From Felis catus (lineage: Eukaryota): a stretch of DNA of 64,000 bases. The stretch covers positions 34,410,001 through 34,474,000 of the forward strand of contig NC_058384.1 of assembly GCF_018350175.1 (NCBI RefSeq), given 5' to 3'. The notes under the pieces are model-generated. The model was not told the origin of the DNA. It did no database searches and worked only from the letters and a program-made list of their open reading frames with translations. Both the position numbers and the translations under genes were made by a program. Below, in pieces: positions 36,982 through 49,479 of this stretch. Numbering within the stretch: position 1 is the stretch's first letter; each line of letters begins with the position of its first letter.

Positions 36982-37145
36982 TGCACGTTGCGAACTTGAA
37001 CGTGCCTAGGGCTCAGCCGAAGTCTGGTTAGCATGCAGATTCCAATTCAGTAAGTCTAGAGTAGGGCCCGAGGTGCCGCGATTCTAACAAGCGCCCAGAT
37101 GACGTCATTGTTGCTGATCCTGCGAGCACGCTTGGAATAGCAAAA
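36982..37145 (-). mobile_element. MER5A1-like MITE
   Basis: atgcagattccaattcagtaagtct...ttctaacaagcgcccagatga...ttggaatagcaa. Confidence 0.75.
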
Positions 37146-38334
37146 GTAGGAGATAAGAAAGACTGAAAGAACCAAATGGCAAAATTCTCCCCCTCTCCAA
37201 AGTGGCTGTGAATTATGGGGATTTTAAGCAATTAAATATTTTAAGTGAAAAATCTCTAAAAACTTCCCCGAGCCAGATGGGGATTGCCTTTTTCTGTGCA
37301 CATGGCATATTGTGAATTTGGGAGGAAAGTGATATTTAGGCTCGTGGGAGTGGGAAGGACTTGGGTCCGAAGTGTGCCTGGTGCCCAGGGGTGAAATTGT
37401 GACGTCAGTGGGTGTATGGTTAGAGCAGTAAGGGCACACGGAGGACGCGGCAAGGTTCAGGGGAGTGGCTGGGAAGGCTGGAGTGTGGTCAGCGCTAGCT
37501 AGAATAGTCTCAACATTCCCCCACCACCACCAAAACCCCCCACCTCCGCTCTAGCCGGACCCAAGGGAGAGATGAAGCATGGGCCACACGGCTATGGAAT
37601 CAGCCAGAGGGAGGTGAAAATCAAAGACGAAAAGGAGACAGGAGTTTATAACAGTTATGGATCAGAATTAACTGAGAGTGCTAACCGAATGCACAGAAGA
37701 GAATGGAGAGTAGGATTTCCTGGAAGAAGCCAGAAGGCAGCAGACAGTTGGCAGAGTGGATGGCCACGAGTGTCCTGCCACTAGAAACTCAGGTTTGATT
37801 TTGAGCTAGAGAACAGGCACAGAGAAATGCCTGGGAAGTCCAGGGTGGCTAATTCATATTTTAAACCCGAGTGAGGCTAACTTCACCAGGGGAATAGCAA
37901 CTTGGAACGCCTGAGGCTGTGTGATCTGGAGGAAAGGCCACGGAACTGGCTTGGGTTCTCCTGGTTCATTTACCCATCCGTTGTCAATTTATCGACAGGT
38001 GCAAGATTCTAAGCCCTGTGATAATTTCTGGAAAACCTAAAATAGCTACTAAAATAATAAAGAATAACAAAAATGAGGTAACCATAATAATAATATTTTC
38101 AGCGATTAATTTGTGTTGAGTACCATCCCGAGCACTTTGTATGTATTGGGTACCTTAAGAAGGAGAAATATCTACTAATGCTTTTATATCCATTTTTCAG
38201 ATGTGGAAACTGAGGTGAAGAAATAAGACAGACTATTTCTGCTTTAAGGGAGCTTACATTCTAACATCATGCTTCCAGTTCATGGAGTGACTTCTGGTGA
38301 CTTTTCATTCTATCCTCTTCCATAGCCACGGCAA

Positions 38335-38530
38335 TCACAGCTAAAAATATTAAGAGCTTTCTTTGAGCCCTAGTATCTCATTTAATCTTAGTGGTCACCT
38401 TATGAGGTCATTACCGTCATCATTCCCATTTTACAGATGAAGAAACTAAGTTTCAGAGAAATAAGTAATTTTCCCAAGAGGCCACATCTGGGATCTAAAC
38501 CCAGGCAGCTTAACTCTAACCTAACACATG
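38335..38530 (-). mobile_element. MIR
   Basis: cccattttacagatgaagaaactaag; a second MIR piece lies at about 38085-38220. Confidence 0.75.
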
Positions 38531-39153
38531 GCATGAGTACAGATTAGCAGATTGAACTAAATCTCGGAGCTCACAGTTCACTGGAATGGCCTATGACAGA
38601 CCTGGTGGTTCTCTGAATTTTATGTAGTTTCTGACCCAGATATTTAGCATCTAAGCCAGCTACATGTGCCAACAAACTCTATGAGAGAGCTTGAAAAAAA
38701 AGTCACAACCTATGGACAAGTGGTGACGGGAAAAAAAATCTATTTGACGTCCATGGCAATGGGAACGAAGAGCAAATTCAAGGTCTCCTCCCACTATGTG
38801 GACTCAGACCCAGCACTACATGAGGATGCTCGGTTCAGCTTGAAGACCTCAAGGCGTAAGAAATAATTGACTCTTTGTGAGTGCAGGGATTTGTTTCAGC
38901 ACAGATCCAGAATGCAACCTTTCCTGATCGAGTTGAACAGGAAAGGATTTAAATTGAGGTCCTGAACTCAAAGGAGAACACATTAATCATGCTCATTGCT
39001 GGAGTCAGAAACAAATTCATTTTTCCTGTAAGGAGTGTTATCAAGCAGGAAATCAAGTCCACAGGTTAGGGAGGTGGTGAGGGGCCTGGGGACAATGACA
39101 GAGGTGCGGGGACAGACACCAGAGTAAGTGCATCTCCAGACTCTATATAACTT

Positions 39154-39161
39154 CACGCACG

Positions 39162-39199
<38 letters not shown>
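39154..39199. repeat. Compound (CACG/CG/CA)n tract
   Basis: Direct. Confidence 0.95.
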
Positions 39200-39201
<2 letters not shown>

Positions 39202-39310
39202 CTCCATGTGCCAAAGACTATGTGCAACCTTTTGGCTTATATAACGGATGACCCAGAGTGTAATAGATGCTCCAAAATTTGAGAACTTCAACTTGTCCAG
39301 AGTCAAAATG

Positions 39311-40380
39311 TTCATTCATTCATTCATTCAACAAATATTTACTGAATGCCTACCAAACTCCAAGCCTAACAGGATTAGCAGGGAACCAAACATTAACCTG
39401 CCTTTCTTAATTTTATTTACAGATACAGAAAATAATCAAGGACCTGATAACAATAGATAAACAAATAGCTAAACAAGACAATTCAATTTTTTTTAGAGAG
39501 AGAGAGTGCAAAAGCAGGGGTGAGAGGCAGATGGAGGGAGAGAGAGAATCGTAAGCAGGCTCTTCGATTGGCATGGAGTCCAATGTGAGACTCGATCCCA
39601 TGACCCTAGGATCACGGCGTGAGCCAAAATCAAGAGTCAGAGGTTCTACTGACTGAGCCACACAGGCGCCCCTAAACAAGACAATTCCAGATGGGCACAA
39701 ATGTTATGAAGGGCACACACAGGATGATCTGATAGAAAGAGGCCCAAGATGGGACTATTTTGGACCTGGTTGTCAGGGAAGATTTCTATTGTGAGGTGAC
39801 ATTGGATCTGAGACCTAAAGGGCGAACAGGAAACCCTGTAACAGGTAAGGGGACAGAAGTGCAAGAAGGAAGAGCAAGAACAAGGGCCTCTGAAACCAGA
39901 GCAAGTTTGGCCTGTGCAAAGACCCAACAGGAGGCCGCCATGCTTGGTGCGTAATGGGAAGAGCGTGCGGGAAGAGAAATGGGAGAGAGGAAGCCAGGGC
40001 GGGGCCACATGGTGCAGCGTTTGAAGCACCATGCTAAGCAGGTAGGTTCCATTTAAGAGCAAGTGAAGCTTTTTAAGCAGGGGAGTGATCTGATTTCCTT
40101 TATGAAAATGGTCACCTTGCTGCAGTGTGGAGAATGCATCGCCGGGGTTCCAGAGGGCTGTGGGAAGACCAACTAGAAGACTACTGCGGTTGTCCAAGCG
40201 GGGAAATGATGGTGATGTGGATTCAGATGGGCATGGGGTGCGGGGGGCTGGAAAAAAGCAGGTGGATTTAAGAGCTATTCTGGAGGTAGAACTGACAGGA
40301 CCCACCAATGATCAGGTGTGGGGAGGAGCAGTGCCCTAAGATGACAACTTTTCTGTACTTGAAGCTTGTTTCTGTGAATT
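39311..40380 (-). mobile_element. LINE L2a 3' fragment, about 0.9 kb net
   Basis: ttcattcattcattcaacaaatatttactgaatgcctac terminus; gaggtgacattggatctgagacctaaagg; ttttaagcaggggagtgatctgat. Confidence 0.88.
39485..39672 (-). mobile_element. Older Can-SINE inserted in L2
   Basis: TSD ctaaacaagacaattc at 39469-39484 and 39672-39687. Confidence 0.93.
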
Positions 40381-40687
40381 GGGCTCAGCTTCGTGTAACA
40401 GAGATGCCCCGTGTACGAAGCACAGTTCACCAGTCTGAGTTTCTCCTGTGCTGCTCTCATGCTGAGGACCTCGGGAGGGAGGAGAGAGAACCCGGAGCCT
40501 GGATGGCCCCTCACCTGGACCTGCGACCTCTTGGCACAATCAGCTTCTGGAGTAGCTTAGAGAACAGCACATAGAGGAAGCCAACGCAAAGTGGGGGGCA
40601 CAGAATGTTGGACGATGGCCTGCCAGCCATTTTAGATTTACTTTATCCCATGGGTGAGGGATGGGTCATGAGATCAGGATGAGCACA

Positions 40688-40689
<2 letters not shown>

Positions 40690-40727
<38 letters not shown>
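40690..40727. repeat. (GT)19 microsatellite
   Basis: Direct. Confidence 0.97.
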
Positions 40728-40730
<3 letters not shown>

Positions 40731-41165
40731 AAGAAAAGCTGGGGTTAGACTGGGAAAGACATGGAGAGCAGAGGCAGATTGGCCACGGTCTTTAGATAGA
40801 AAGGATGTTCCTTACCTGCCTTGAATTAACAGAAAGAAAAAATAGCTACCTCTGAATCCTAGATGTCTAAACTGATCTCTGATTTGCAGCAAAAATAGAA
40901 GGGTGGGTGGTAGAAATTTAACTGAAACAGCATTCAGTAACTTGGGTTCCCTCAGTACCCAGTGCCTCCAAGTGCCCTGGCCAAGCAGGACCTCCCACTG
41001 GAGCCTGGCACGCCGAGGCCAGGCTGCAGGCTCATAGGGGCCAGGTCGTAGGGCGAAAGAATCCTTGGAAATATTATCCTTTGAGTCCCCATCAAAGCCA
41101 ATTAGTCATAAATAGAAGGGCACGTAGGTCTCTAAAAGCTTTTCTTTAAAACAAATATAAGCCCA

Positions 41166-41374
41166 GGGGCACCTGGGTGGCTCAGTCGGTTGGACATCTG
41201 ACTCCGGCTCAGGTCACGATCTCACCGCTCGTGGGTTCAAGCCCCGCATCAGGCTCTGTGCTGACAGCTCGGAGCCTGGAGCCTGCTTCGGTTTCTGTGT
41301 CTCCTTCACTCTCTGCCCCTCCCCCACTCATGTTCTCTCACTCTCTCTGTCTCTCAAAAATAAATAAACATTAA

Positions 41375-41420
<46 letters not shown>
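41166..41420 (+). mobile_element. Felid Can-SINE with (AC)n in its tail
   Basis: Full length; TSD acaWatataaRcccag at 41151-41166 and 41421-41436. Confidence 0.95.

Positions 41421-41422
<2 letters not shown>
41377..41422. repeat. (AC)23 microsatellite
   Basis: Direct. Confidence 0.97.
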
Positions 41423-41429
<7 letters not shown>

Positions 41430-42929
41430 AACCCAGATCTGGGCCTGCCTTGGAGAATCAGGGGAAATGAAGCAGACTCCTAGGTGGAGGGAAAGCAGGG
41501 TTGGGAAAGACAGAACAGGAGGGCGTGTTTTGCTTGGCACATCTGGAAAGGGAGAGAGCCAGCAAGGAGAGGAGCTTCTCCTATCCCTTAAGGGGGCTCC
41601 CTTCCCCCCAAGTATTTAACATCTCCGTGTTTGGACAATTTTCTTAACCCCTTGGGCCCCTGTTGCTTAATAAGTAGAAAACATATATTAAAACCTCAAT
41701 TGCCTAGAGACAGAGTCTGGAGCAAGCGATCACTTAAGGTCATTTCAAAATCTTGGGCCTGTGGTTCTAGATAGGAGACAGTTTCATGCAGGGTTGAAGT
41801 GCAGATCATAATACAGTGGTTATAAGGATTGAATGAGTTAATAGAAGTAAATCACTCAGAACAGTGCCTGGCACATGGTTATGACTCCATAAATATTAGA
41901 TGTGTTTTCTCTGAAAACCAGTCTTCGGTACCAATCACTCTGTTATTCTGGCTCCAAAGAATTCAACACAAGGATCCTTAGGCTACCAGAATGATCCAGA
42001 GTCAACTTCTCTGTTCTCCTGCTTCCATGGAAACTTGGTCTAAACTATTCCAGAGAGATGGGAGTTTGTGTCACATAATATCATTTGGGGAAGCACCCTG
42101 AGATGTCTGGTTTCCATGGTTACCATCACATCTGGTGGGCTTGGATGTGACCAGGAAGTCCCCTTTGACTAGGAAAATTTGTGGATGCCACAGCCACCAC
42201 CGTAAATGAGGCCAACCTCAAAAAAAAAAAAAAAATCAGGCATTTGGGCACAAGATCAGTCAGGGGCTGTTTTCAAACATCAGAAAAAGACCCAAAGAGC
42301 CAATTCAAGCTCTTGTCCCCTGATTAGTGTTCCAGGGACTCATGAAGCAGAATAATCTCTTCCCAAACTTGTTTTATTAGTAAGGCCAAAGCTTCATTAA
42401 TTAACCATCAGTCTCATTAAAAAAAAAAAAGAGAGAGAGAGACATGACTTCACAAAGCACTGGGGACCCACACTTTGCAGAGCCAAGAGCAGAGGCTGTC
42501 AGGAGAGGCAGAAAGAGAACTTTGTGACCCAGCTTGGGGAGTTAATGCTCATCCGGAAGTTCTCCCTCCCCTGGTCCAGTGTTGAATGTTTCTCCGAACT
42601 ATGAATAATAAATGGCATGTGGGTGGCTCCGTTTTCTAACAAACTCAGACACCTTCAGGAGCAACTGCCATAATATTCCTTCCAGAAGAAAGAAGCATCG
42701 CAAATGCCTTTGCTTATTTAATGGAAGAGAAAGCTGTGGTCCAGAGAAGGAGAACTTGTCAAGAGAGCAAAGCAGGAGAAAGACTCGAAATAGCACTTCA
42801 CTGTTCCACTCCCCGCTACTCGGGCAGCCTCATACCTGATATTTTAAGCAAGGAATAAAAGATGGCTTCCCATAGACTCTTTGGGTTAACCTCCTTGCCT
42901 GACTCAAAGGAGTGACAACGTTTTGGAAA

Positions 42930-43550
42930 GAACAGGGAAACCATTGCCTAATGGTCTTGCTGCCTCTGGTCCCTTCCTCTAAGATTCAGTACTGTTGCCA
43001 GGGTGATGTTTCTAAAACTTAAATCTGCTTATGTCATGCCCCTGGCTAAATCCTTAAATGGCTCCCCATTGACTTTAGGATAAAATCCATAGGCCTTTCA
43101 TTAACTGGCTCCTGCCTTCTTCACCGGTTCCATCCCTTCCCACCGCCACCCCTCCAACACACACACCATCCTTTCCATCCATCAGAAGTTTCCATTGGCC
43201 CCCAGCAGCCATCCCCTCTCTCTTTCTTTTCTCTTTTCATCTCTGCTCTGAATGTGTTGTTCATTGCCTGTTCATGCTCTTCAGCTTCTCAACTCCGGTT
43301 CCTCCAGAGCTCAGAGATCATCTCCTCCAGGATGCCTTTCCTCACCTTCAGGCTCAGGGAGTTTCCTTTGTCCGTGCTTTTGCAGGACCCCGAGGAGACT
43401 GCTTAGCCAGGATATTTCACCACCTTTGGAGGGCTCCCTTTGCCAGCCGGCCTGTGAGCTCCCCCTAGGGCAGAGGCTGGCGTGTTCATGCCGTATCTCC
43501 AGCCCTGGGTACAGTGCCTGACACATGATAGACACAACTAATCGATAGTA
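42930..43550 (+). mobile_element. LINE L2 3' fragment
   Basis: aatggctccccattgactttaggataaaatcca; tatctccagccctgggtacagtgcctgacacat. Confidence 0.8.
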
Positions 43551-43791
43551 AAGAAGCATCTCTCTCCCTCACCTAAAGTAGTCGCCTATCCTCTAGTAGT
43601 GTTATATATAACTATTTGCATGGCTACTTAATTACAACCTAGAAAAAATGGCGGGGGGGGGGGCAGAATCAATCATTACTCAGAAATTATTTATTAGAGA
43701 GATAGAGTGTCATCAATAACCCAAAACAACAACAGAGGATCCAGAAGTCATGTCTAGCTGGGTTAGGGGCACATGACATTGTGGCATAGGG

Positions 43792-43817
43792 GTGTGTGTG
43801 TGTGTGTGTGTGTGTGT
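43792..43817. repeat. (GT)13 microsatellite
   Basis: Direct. Confidence 0.95.
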
Positions 43818-44129
43818 AGGGAAAGGGCATGTGCAATTATGTGTGAAGTTTACTTTCATACTTTGACCTTTGTTTTTGTTGATAGTGTATATATGCCTGT
43901 TCCCTGGGAACATACTCACTAACACAGAGTGAAGGGGAGAAAATGGCACGAAGTTGGAAGAAGGGAGTCAGGTATTGCAAACTGCCCAAAGACACACGCT
44001 CCTCCCAGTGCAAACCCGTAATAATAACCCAGGAACTTAGCAACAAGCTATCAGTGTTAGTGATCTCTTTATCACAGCAACCCCTTACATTTATGTTGCA
44101 CGCCAGCGTTTACAAAGCACTTTCCATTA

Positions 44130-44672
44130 CCTTGTACCGATCTACTCCCCATCCCACGCCCCGACACCGCGCTAAAGGAAACCATCTGCTTTCTTTTATA
44201 TACATTTCTAAAAAGCATATTTTTGTTTTAGTTTTTAGCCATATAAAATGGGCATCGCGCTCCATAAATCGTTTGTGCCTTACTTCAAAAAACTTGATAT
44301 TCTTCTACTAAGTTTCATCCCTATTATTGCCCAGAGGGGTGGTTTAGTCCTCTTGTCTGCTAGATATTATTCCCGATGTGACCCACTTTACCACAGTTTT
44401 ATTCACCCACTTCTCCGTCAGCGGGTACTTGAGTTATTTGCATTTTTGCTACCGAACAGGGCTGCTATGAATATTCTCATACATATATCCTAGTATCCAT
44501 ATACAGCAGTATCTCTTGGGTATTTATACAGCAGTGCAGTTGCAAAGTGATAGAGAAAGTGAATGTTTAACATTACAGACTAATGTCAGTTTTATAAGAT
44601 AGGGCCATGCAGAATCACAAGTTTGCCAGTAGAGCACAGGAACGCCAATCACTCTGTATCCCCTCCAACAAC
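44130..44672 (-). mobile_element. Old LINE-1 (L1ME/HAL1-like) fragment
   Basis: gctgctatgaatattctcatacat; atctcttgggtatttatac; ttttattcacccacttctcc. Confidence 0.75.
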
Positions 44673-44949
44673 AGGGTTAACCTACGTGATAAAGACTGAT
44701 CAAGCAAGAGTCTCAAACTAGCCCCCCTGGAACCAAGTCAGGCTGCTTGTCTCGCGAAGTATGTCTCTGGTTGTCTTTATTTTTTTCGTTTTAATTTGAA
44801 AGCCTTCGGATGGACACTGTTGAATATTATAGACCCCACTCTTTGAGCATGTGAGTTTGAGATCCCTGAGATGGATAAGGTCTATGAATTTAGACTTATG
44901 GAATAATAGTGAGTCCGAGGACATGTGCTTTCCAAAAGAGAACAGGAAA

Positions 44950-45167
44950 GGGGCACCCGGGCGGCTCAGTCGATTGAGCGTCCCCCTTCGGCTCAGGTCG
45001 TGATCTCACCGTTCGCGGGTTCGAGCCCCGCGTCGGGCTCCGTGCAGACAGCTCGGAGTCTGGAGCCCGCTTCGGATTCTGCGCCTCCCTCTCTCTCTGC
45101 CCCTCCCCCGCTCACGCTCTGTCTCTCTCTCTCTCCTTCAAACACAAACATTAAAAAAAAAAAAATT
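44950..45167 (+). mobile_element. Felid Can-SINE
   Basis: TSD aaaagagaacaggaa at 44934-44948 and 45168-45182. Confidence 0.96.
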
Positions 45168-45379
45168 AAAAGAGAACAGGAAGAACTCACTTGAACGCCC
45201 CGCAGATGTTGATCGAGTATCCCTAAAAACCCAAACTGGACAGTCTGCACCAAACAGAGTGAGTTACAGTCTCAGGAGTTAGTGGAGTCAAGGTCAAGTG
45301 ACAGGCACAAACAAGACGGTACTCGAAATAAATGACCGTTGAGGGCACGTGTCACCACAATTCACCCACACACCGATCC

Positions 45380-45545
45380 TGAAACATGTGTATCATTATC
45401 CCCATTTTATAGCCAAAGACAATGAAGTGTAGGCAAAGTCCTCGGCTTCCACGGCAAATAAGTGGGGGAGAGCTGGGATCCAAATTTATGGCTGAACAAT
45501 TGAATCCAAACCCATGCACAGGGCACCGTAGCATTCTGCCTCCCA
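45380..45545 (-). mobile_element. MIR fragment
   Basis: attatccccattttatagcc...gagctgggatccaaa. Confidence 0.55.
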
Positions 45546-47629
45546 AATCACACGGTGTCCGTCTCAGTTGGTGCACTAACCAGGTTTATGGGAAGCACCT
45601 ACATTTCGTCCCCAGTGGCCCTGCAAGGTGGCTACAGCACTTGCTCTTGTAGTTTTTGTAGAAAAGGAACTTGAGGTCTAGAGAAATTAAGGGGCTAGGC
45701 CAAGATCACCTGGAGAGGATCTGAAGGCACGGAGACATGAGCATGTTCTCACGCTAATGCCGACTTCTTTTTCCACGCTGACTGACCTTGAGTTCCTATC
45801 GAAGGCCCGGAGAGAAATCATTGCAAACTGATATAATTTCCTCTTCCCGGATAGAACCACAGGTCTCCTTGCCACCAGGCGCAGAAGCTGATAGTCTCAG
45901 GAGCAAGTGTGGGAAAGGAGAGAATGATTTTACCTATATTGATCTAGAAACTGAATATCGCCACAGATGTTGGGCTGCACTTTGAGTATAATCATCATTT
46001 TTGGAAACCTACTAAAACAAGAGACACATGCCAGAGCTTAGAAATGCACTAATCCTTGTGGAAAGGCGGAAAACATTAGGAAAGCTGTCATCCAAAGAAC
46101 CAGAGAACCGTAACATCCTTTCTAGAAACAGTGACAGAGAACAGGAACCCCCTCCTTTAAGTTTTAATGTGATGTCTTTCTTTTCAGAGTAGGTCTGGAA
46201 GGTTGCAAGAATATACTGATCCCCTTTTAAGAATAAATTAAACTTTGAATTCTTCTAGTCCAGGTCTATTTCCCTGCATGCTAGACCCTGGTAAAGGCTA
46301 CCTTGTAGAGACCAGGAGAACCCTCCAACTTCAGGATAATCCCCAAGAGAAGCCGTCACTGGATCGTTTACCAACAGCAATTCTGACTCCATATCTGTTG
46401 AGAGAGAGCACATGTTCTTGAAAGACTCAGATGTCATTACCATGAGCTGCTCTAAGCTTTGACAGAAGTCCAGGGGGCCTCTGCCGTGGACCAACCCCCC
46501 ACCAACTCTGGGGAGGGTTTGGGATTTAATGATTCTAAGACTATCGAGTAATTGTATCCCCTCGAAAGGCTTCCCTGCAGACTGCAGCCCTTTCTCTACA
46601 GTATATGAAGGAGAGAGATCTCCACCCAAGTGTTCTCCAGCTGTCTGGATCTGTTTCATACCCATGGACACAGAGGATGAACTGATGACCCCCAGCAGCA
46701 GCATCCTGCCTCTTATCTTTCTCTCTCCTACCCAGCAATAACAGCAACCTCTTGTATTGTCTCAGAATCCACAAGTTCAAACCAACATCTCTATCTCCTA
46801 TGACCATCAGATCACCAGACGTGACTGCCTCTGTTTTCCTCTCCAGAGAAACCACAGGTTACTCTGGCCCCAACACAGCGGCGGAGAAAAGGGGGAGGGG
46901 GGAAGGATTATCGTTTCCCACTCCCAGGCAATTTTAGCATCCCCACTCCTCCTGCCCCCCCTCCCTACCATTGAAGTTAAACAAAGCCAACCATTCCATC
47001 CTGATCTGTCCCTTTCTGCTGCACTATATAAAGCTAGCCACAGATGGCATGCACGGATTCATGCTCCAAAACTCCCCAGTGCCCACTCTCTTCCATCAAG
47101 CTGGTTCCTAAATCTGTGGATGCAGCAGACTTCAGAAGAGGAAGCAGTGTGATCACGCAGCATGAGCCTTGGCACAATGGAGTCTGGACCGTGCCAGGGC
47201 CATGATGCCCGAGTCTCACCCACTCTGAGGCAGCACTCAGAATGGCATCTGGTTGCCCCACTGTCCACGTGATGGGATCCTCGCGCTAAAAGCCAAGTTT
47301 CTCTCTTTAGTGTACTCTGGGTAGTAGGTAAAGAAATTCATGACAAAGTAGGGAGAAAGGAAAAATGGAAATGATCAAGGAGAAGTTGTTGAGGGACTTA
47401 CAGGAAAGAAAACCTTGAGCATTTCCTTTCCTTCTCTGCTCATTCATTTTCCTGCATATGGCTTGCAGAGGGGGTCTTGGGGAGGGCCAGTCATGGAAGC
47501 AAAATAAAGCTTTTGGGGGGTCGTTTCTTCCCTGGGGACTTTTGTGCTGCCCCCAGTAGTCCCATCTCCAATTAACTTAAATTCCATCCCAATGCACTTA
47601 ACCATAACTCATCTGTTGATATGTATGTT

Positions 47630-47830
47630 TCTTTTTTTAATATTTATTCTTGAAAAAGAGAAAGAGACAGAGCATGAGTTGGGGAGGGTCAGAGAGAGAG
47701 AGAGAGGGAGGCACAGAATCTGAAGCAGACTCCAGTCTCTGAGCTGTCAGCACAGAACCAGATGCGGGGCTCGAACTCATGGACCTGAGCCGAAATCAGA
47801 CGCTTGACCAACTGAGCCACCCAGGCACCC
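47630..47830 (-). mobile_element. Can-SINE with small internal deletion
   Basis: Lacks the gagatcatgac segment (reads gaactcatggacctgagc); degenerate TSD tgatatKtat. Confidence 0.93.
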
Positions 47831-47849
47831 TGATATTTATTTTGCCCAA

Positions 47850-48030
47850 ACACTGTGTAAAATGATTTATTCTCATTTCTTCATTTCATTTTCAGGCAAA
47901 ACTGGAAGCTGGTATTATTCTCCCCTATTTTTCAGAAGAGAAAACAGAGATGTTAAAGAAGTTGCCAAGGTCACACAGCTCTTAAATGATGGAACCAAGA
48001 TTCTAATCCAGGTCTATCAGGTTTCAAAGA
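47850..48030 (-). mobile_element. MIR
   Basis: gttgccaaggtcacacagct. Confidence 0.7.
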
Positions 48031-48452
48031 TTGTTTTTCCCTAAAGGATCTCATCAGCCCAAACCAGCTGTCATAACAGAACAAAAAGGCATTACCTAAA
48101 GCTTTCTATCTGAGAGATATTTACATTTTAATAGCCTGTCTCTTAACGAGGTTTCAATGAGCAAAGAAATGAATTGCTTGTAATGCTATTTGGGGCACTG
48201 TAATAGGTCATAGAGGAAATACACAGGATCAGGGATGTCTCAGATAATACCGTGTAGACTGTTGTCTATCTCGACTCCATCTAATGAAGCCAGGCCCATC
48301 TGAAGGAAGATTGAAACCACTGTTTTGCATCTATTCCAATAGAAACTGTACTTACTAGGTGTTATAAGCAAGAGAAGATTTGTCTGGATATAGGAAAGCC
48401 CTCCAAGAGCGGAAGCCTATGGAAGGTTGGTAGATGACTATAATACACATAA

Positions 48453-48454
<2 letters not shown>

Positions 48455-48492
<38 letters not shown>
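48455..48492. repeat. (AC)19 microsatellite
   Basis: Direct. Confidence 0.97.
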
Positions 48493-48494
<2 letters not shown>

Positions 48495-49479
48495 CTCTCA
48501 CCCCCCAGCCTGGGATGGATTCAGTCCTACCTAATCATAGACATGAACAAGGTGGTTTCCCAGAAAAACTCGGGGCCTCAACTTGGAACCATTAACTTTG
48601 ACTTAGAGGATTCCATTTCATTTCCCAGAATTTCCTAAAGATACGCATGCAGTTGGCATTTTCTGCCCTTAAAACAACATTAGATAAGAAAAGCAAGAGG
48701 CTTCCAACATTCTTTGAAGAGACAAACATTTTTCCAGACTTGGGTCAAGAATGAGCTGTCCAGTCGACAACGCTTGGGGATTCAGTTTCCCCCCAGATTT
48801 TCAAATCCTTCAACCCAAGTTTGATTTTCTGTCCTCCTGGACCAGCCCTAATAGGAAACTATCTTCTGACAGGCTACCAAACACAACTCCTTGAAAGCAA
48901 ACAGCAGACCCAAAGGCCTTGATTGGTCTCTGTCTCTTCCCTCTTGCTGTACAGAGAGAGCTCCTCTCCGGCAGAGGAAGACACAAGTGACGTTGACCTG
49001 CCCCACTGCTGTGGCTGGCCGAGGCTGGTTGCCAGTTCCCTCCTCTGGTGCTTGATCTCTCCTCCTCTCCGCTTCCAGGGTGACTGCCCTACCTGAAAGG
49101 GAGAGGAGAGAAGGGAACAGCTGAGGAGGAAAGACAACACCAGTAATGTTCCATGGACAGGGACCCTGCCAGATGCGGATCAATAATGAAAAGAAATCTA
49201 AATGGGGCGTCAACACGTTCATTCCAGAGATATGAATGCAAGGGAACTACATGGGTGTGTGTTTAGCTATCCCAGGGTTACCTTTCCATTCCTCTTCATC
49301 ATTTTAGCCCAGTCAGGAGGCCCTGAATGTTCCAGTTACATCCTATCAACAAAGATATACATTTCTTGACAAATGCTTTCATCATTAGCTATTGGTCACC
49401 CAAGGTATACGTTTGTCCTAGGGACAAAGGATGCTCAAAGTAAAAGTCAACATTCCTATTGTAGTCTCCTAGAAGCTGT

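Noticed and set aside
39646-40308. Longest ORF (220 aa, minus strand)
   Set aside because: Lies within a decayed L2 and ends in a SINE; no recognisable domain.
45288-45296. Perfect TCAAGGTCA (ERR/NR5A site)
   Set aside because: Isolated 9-mer with no supporting context.
46255-46704. 149 aa ORF in unique sequence
   Set aside because: No recognisable homology; length is compatible with chance in 64 kb over six frames.
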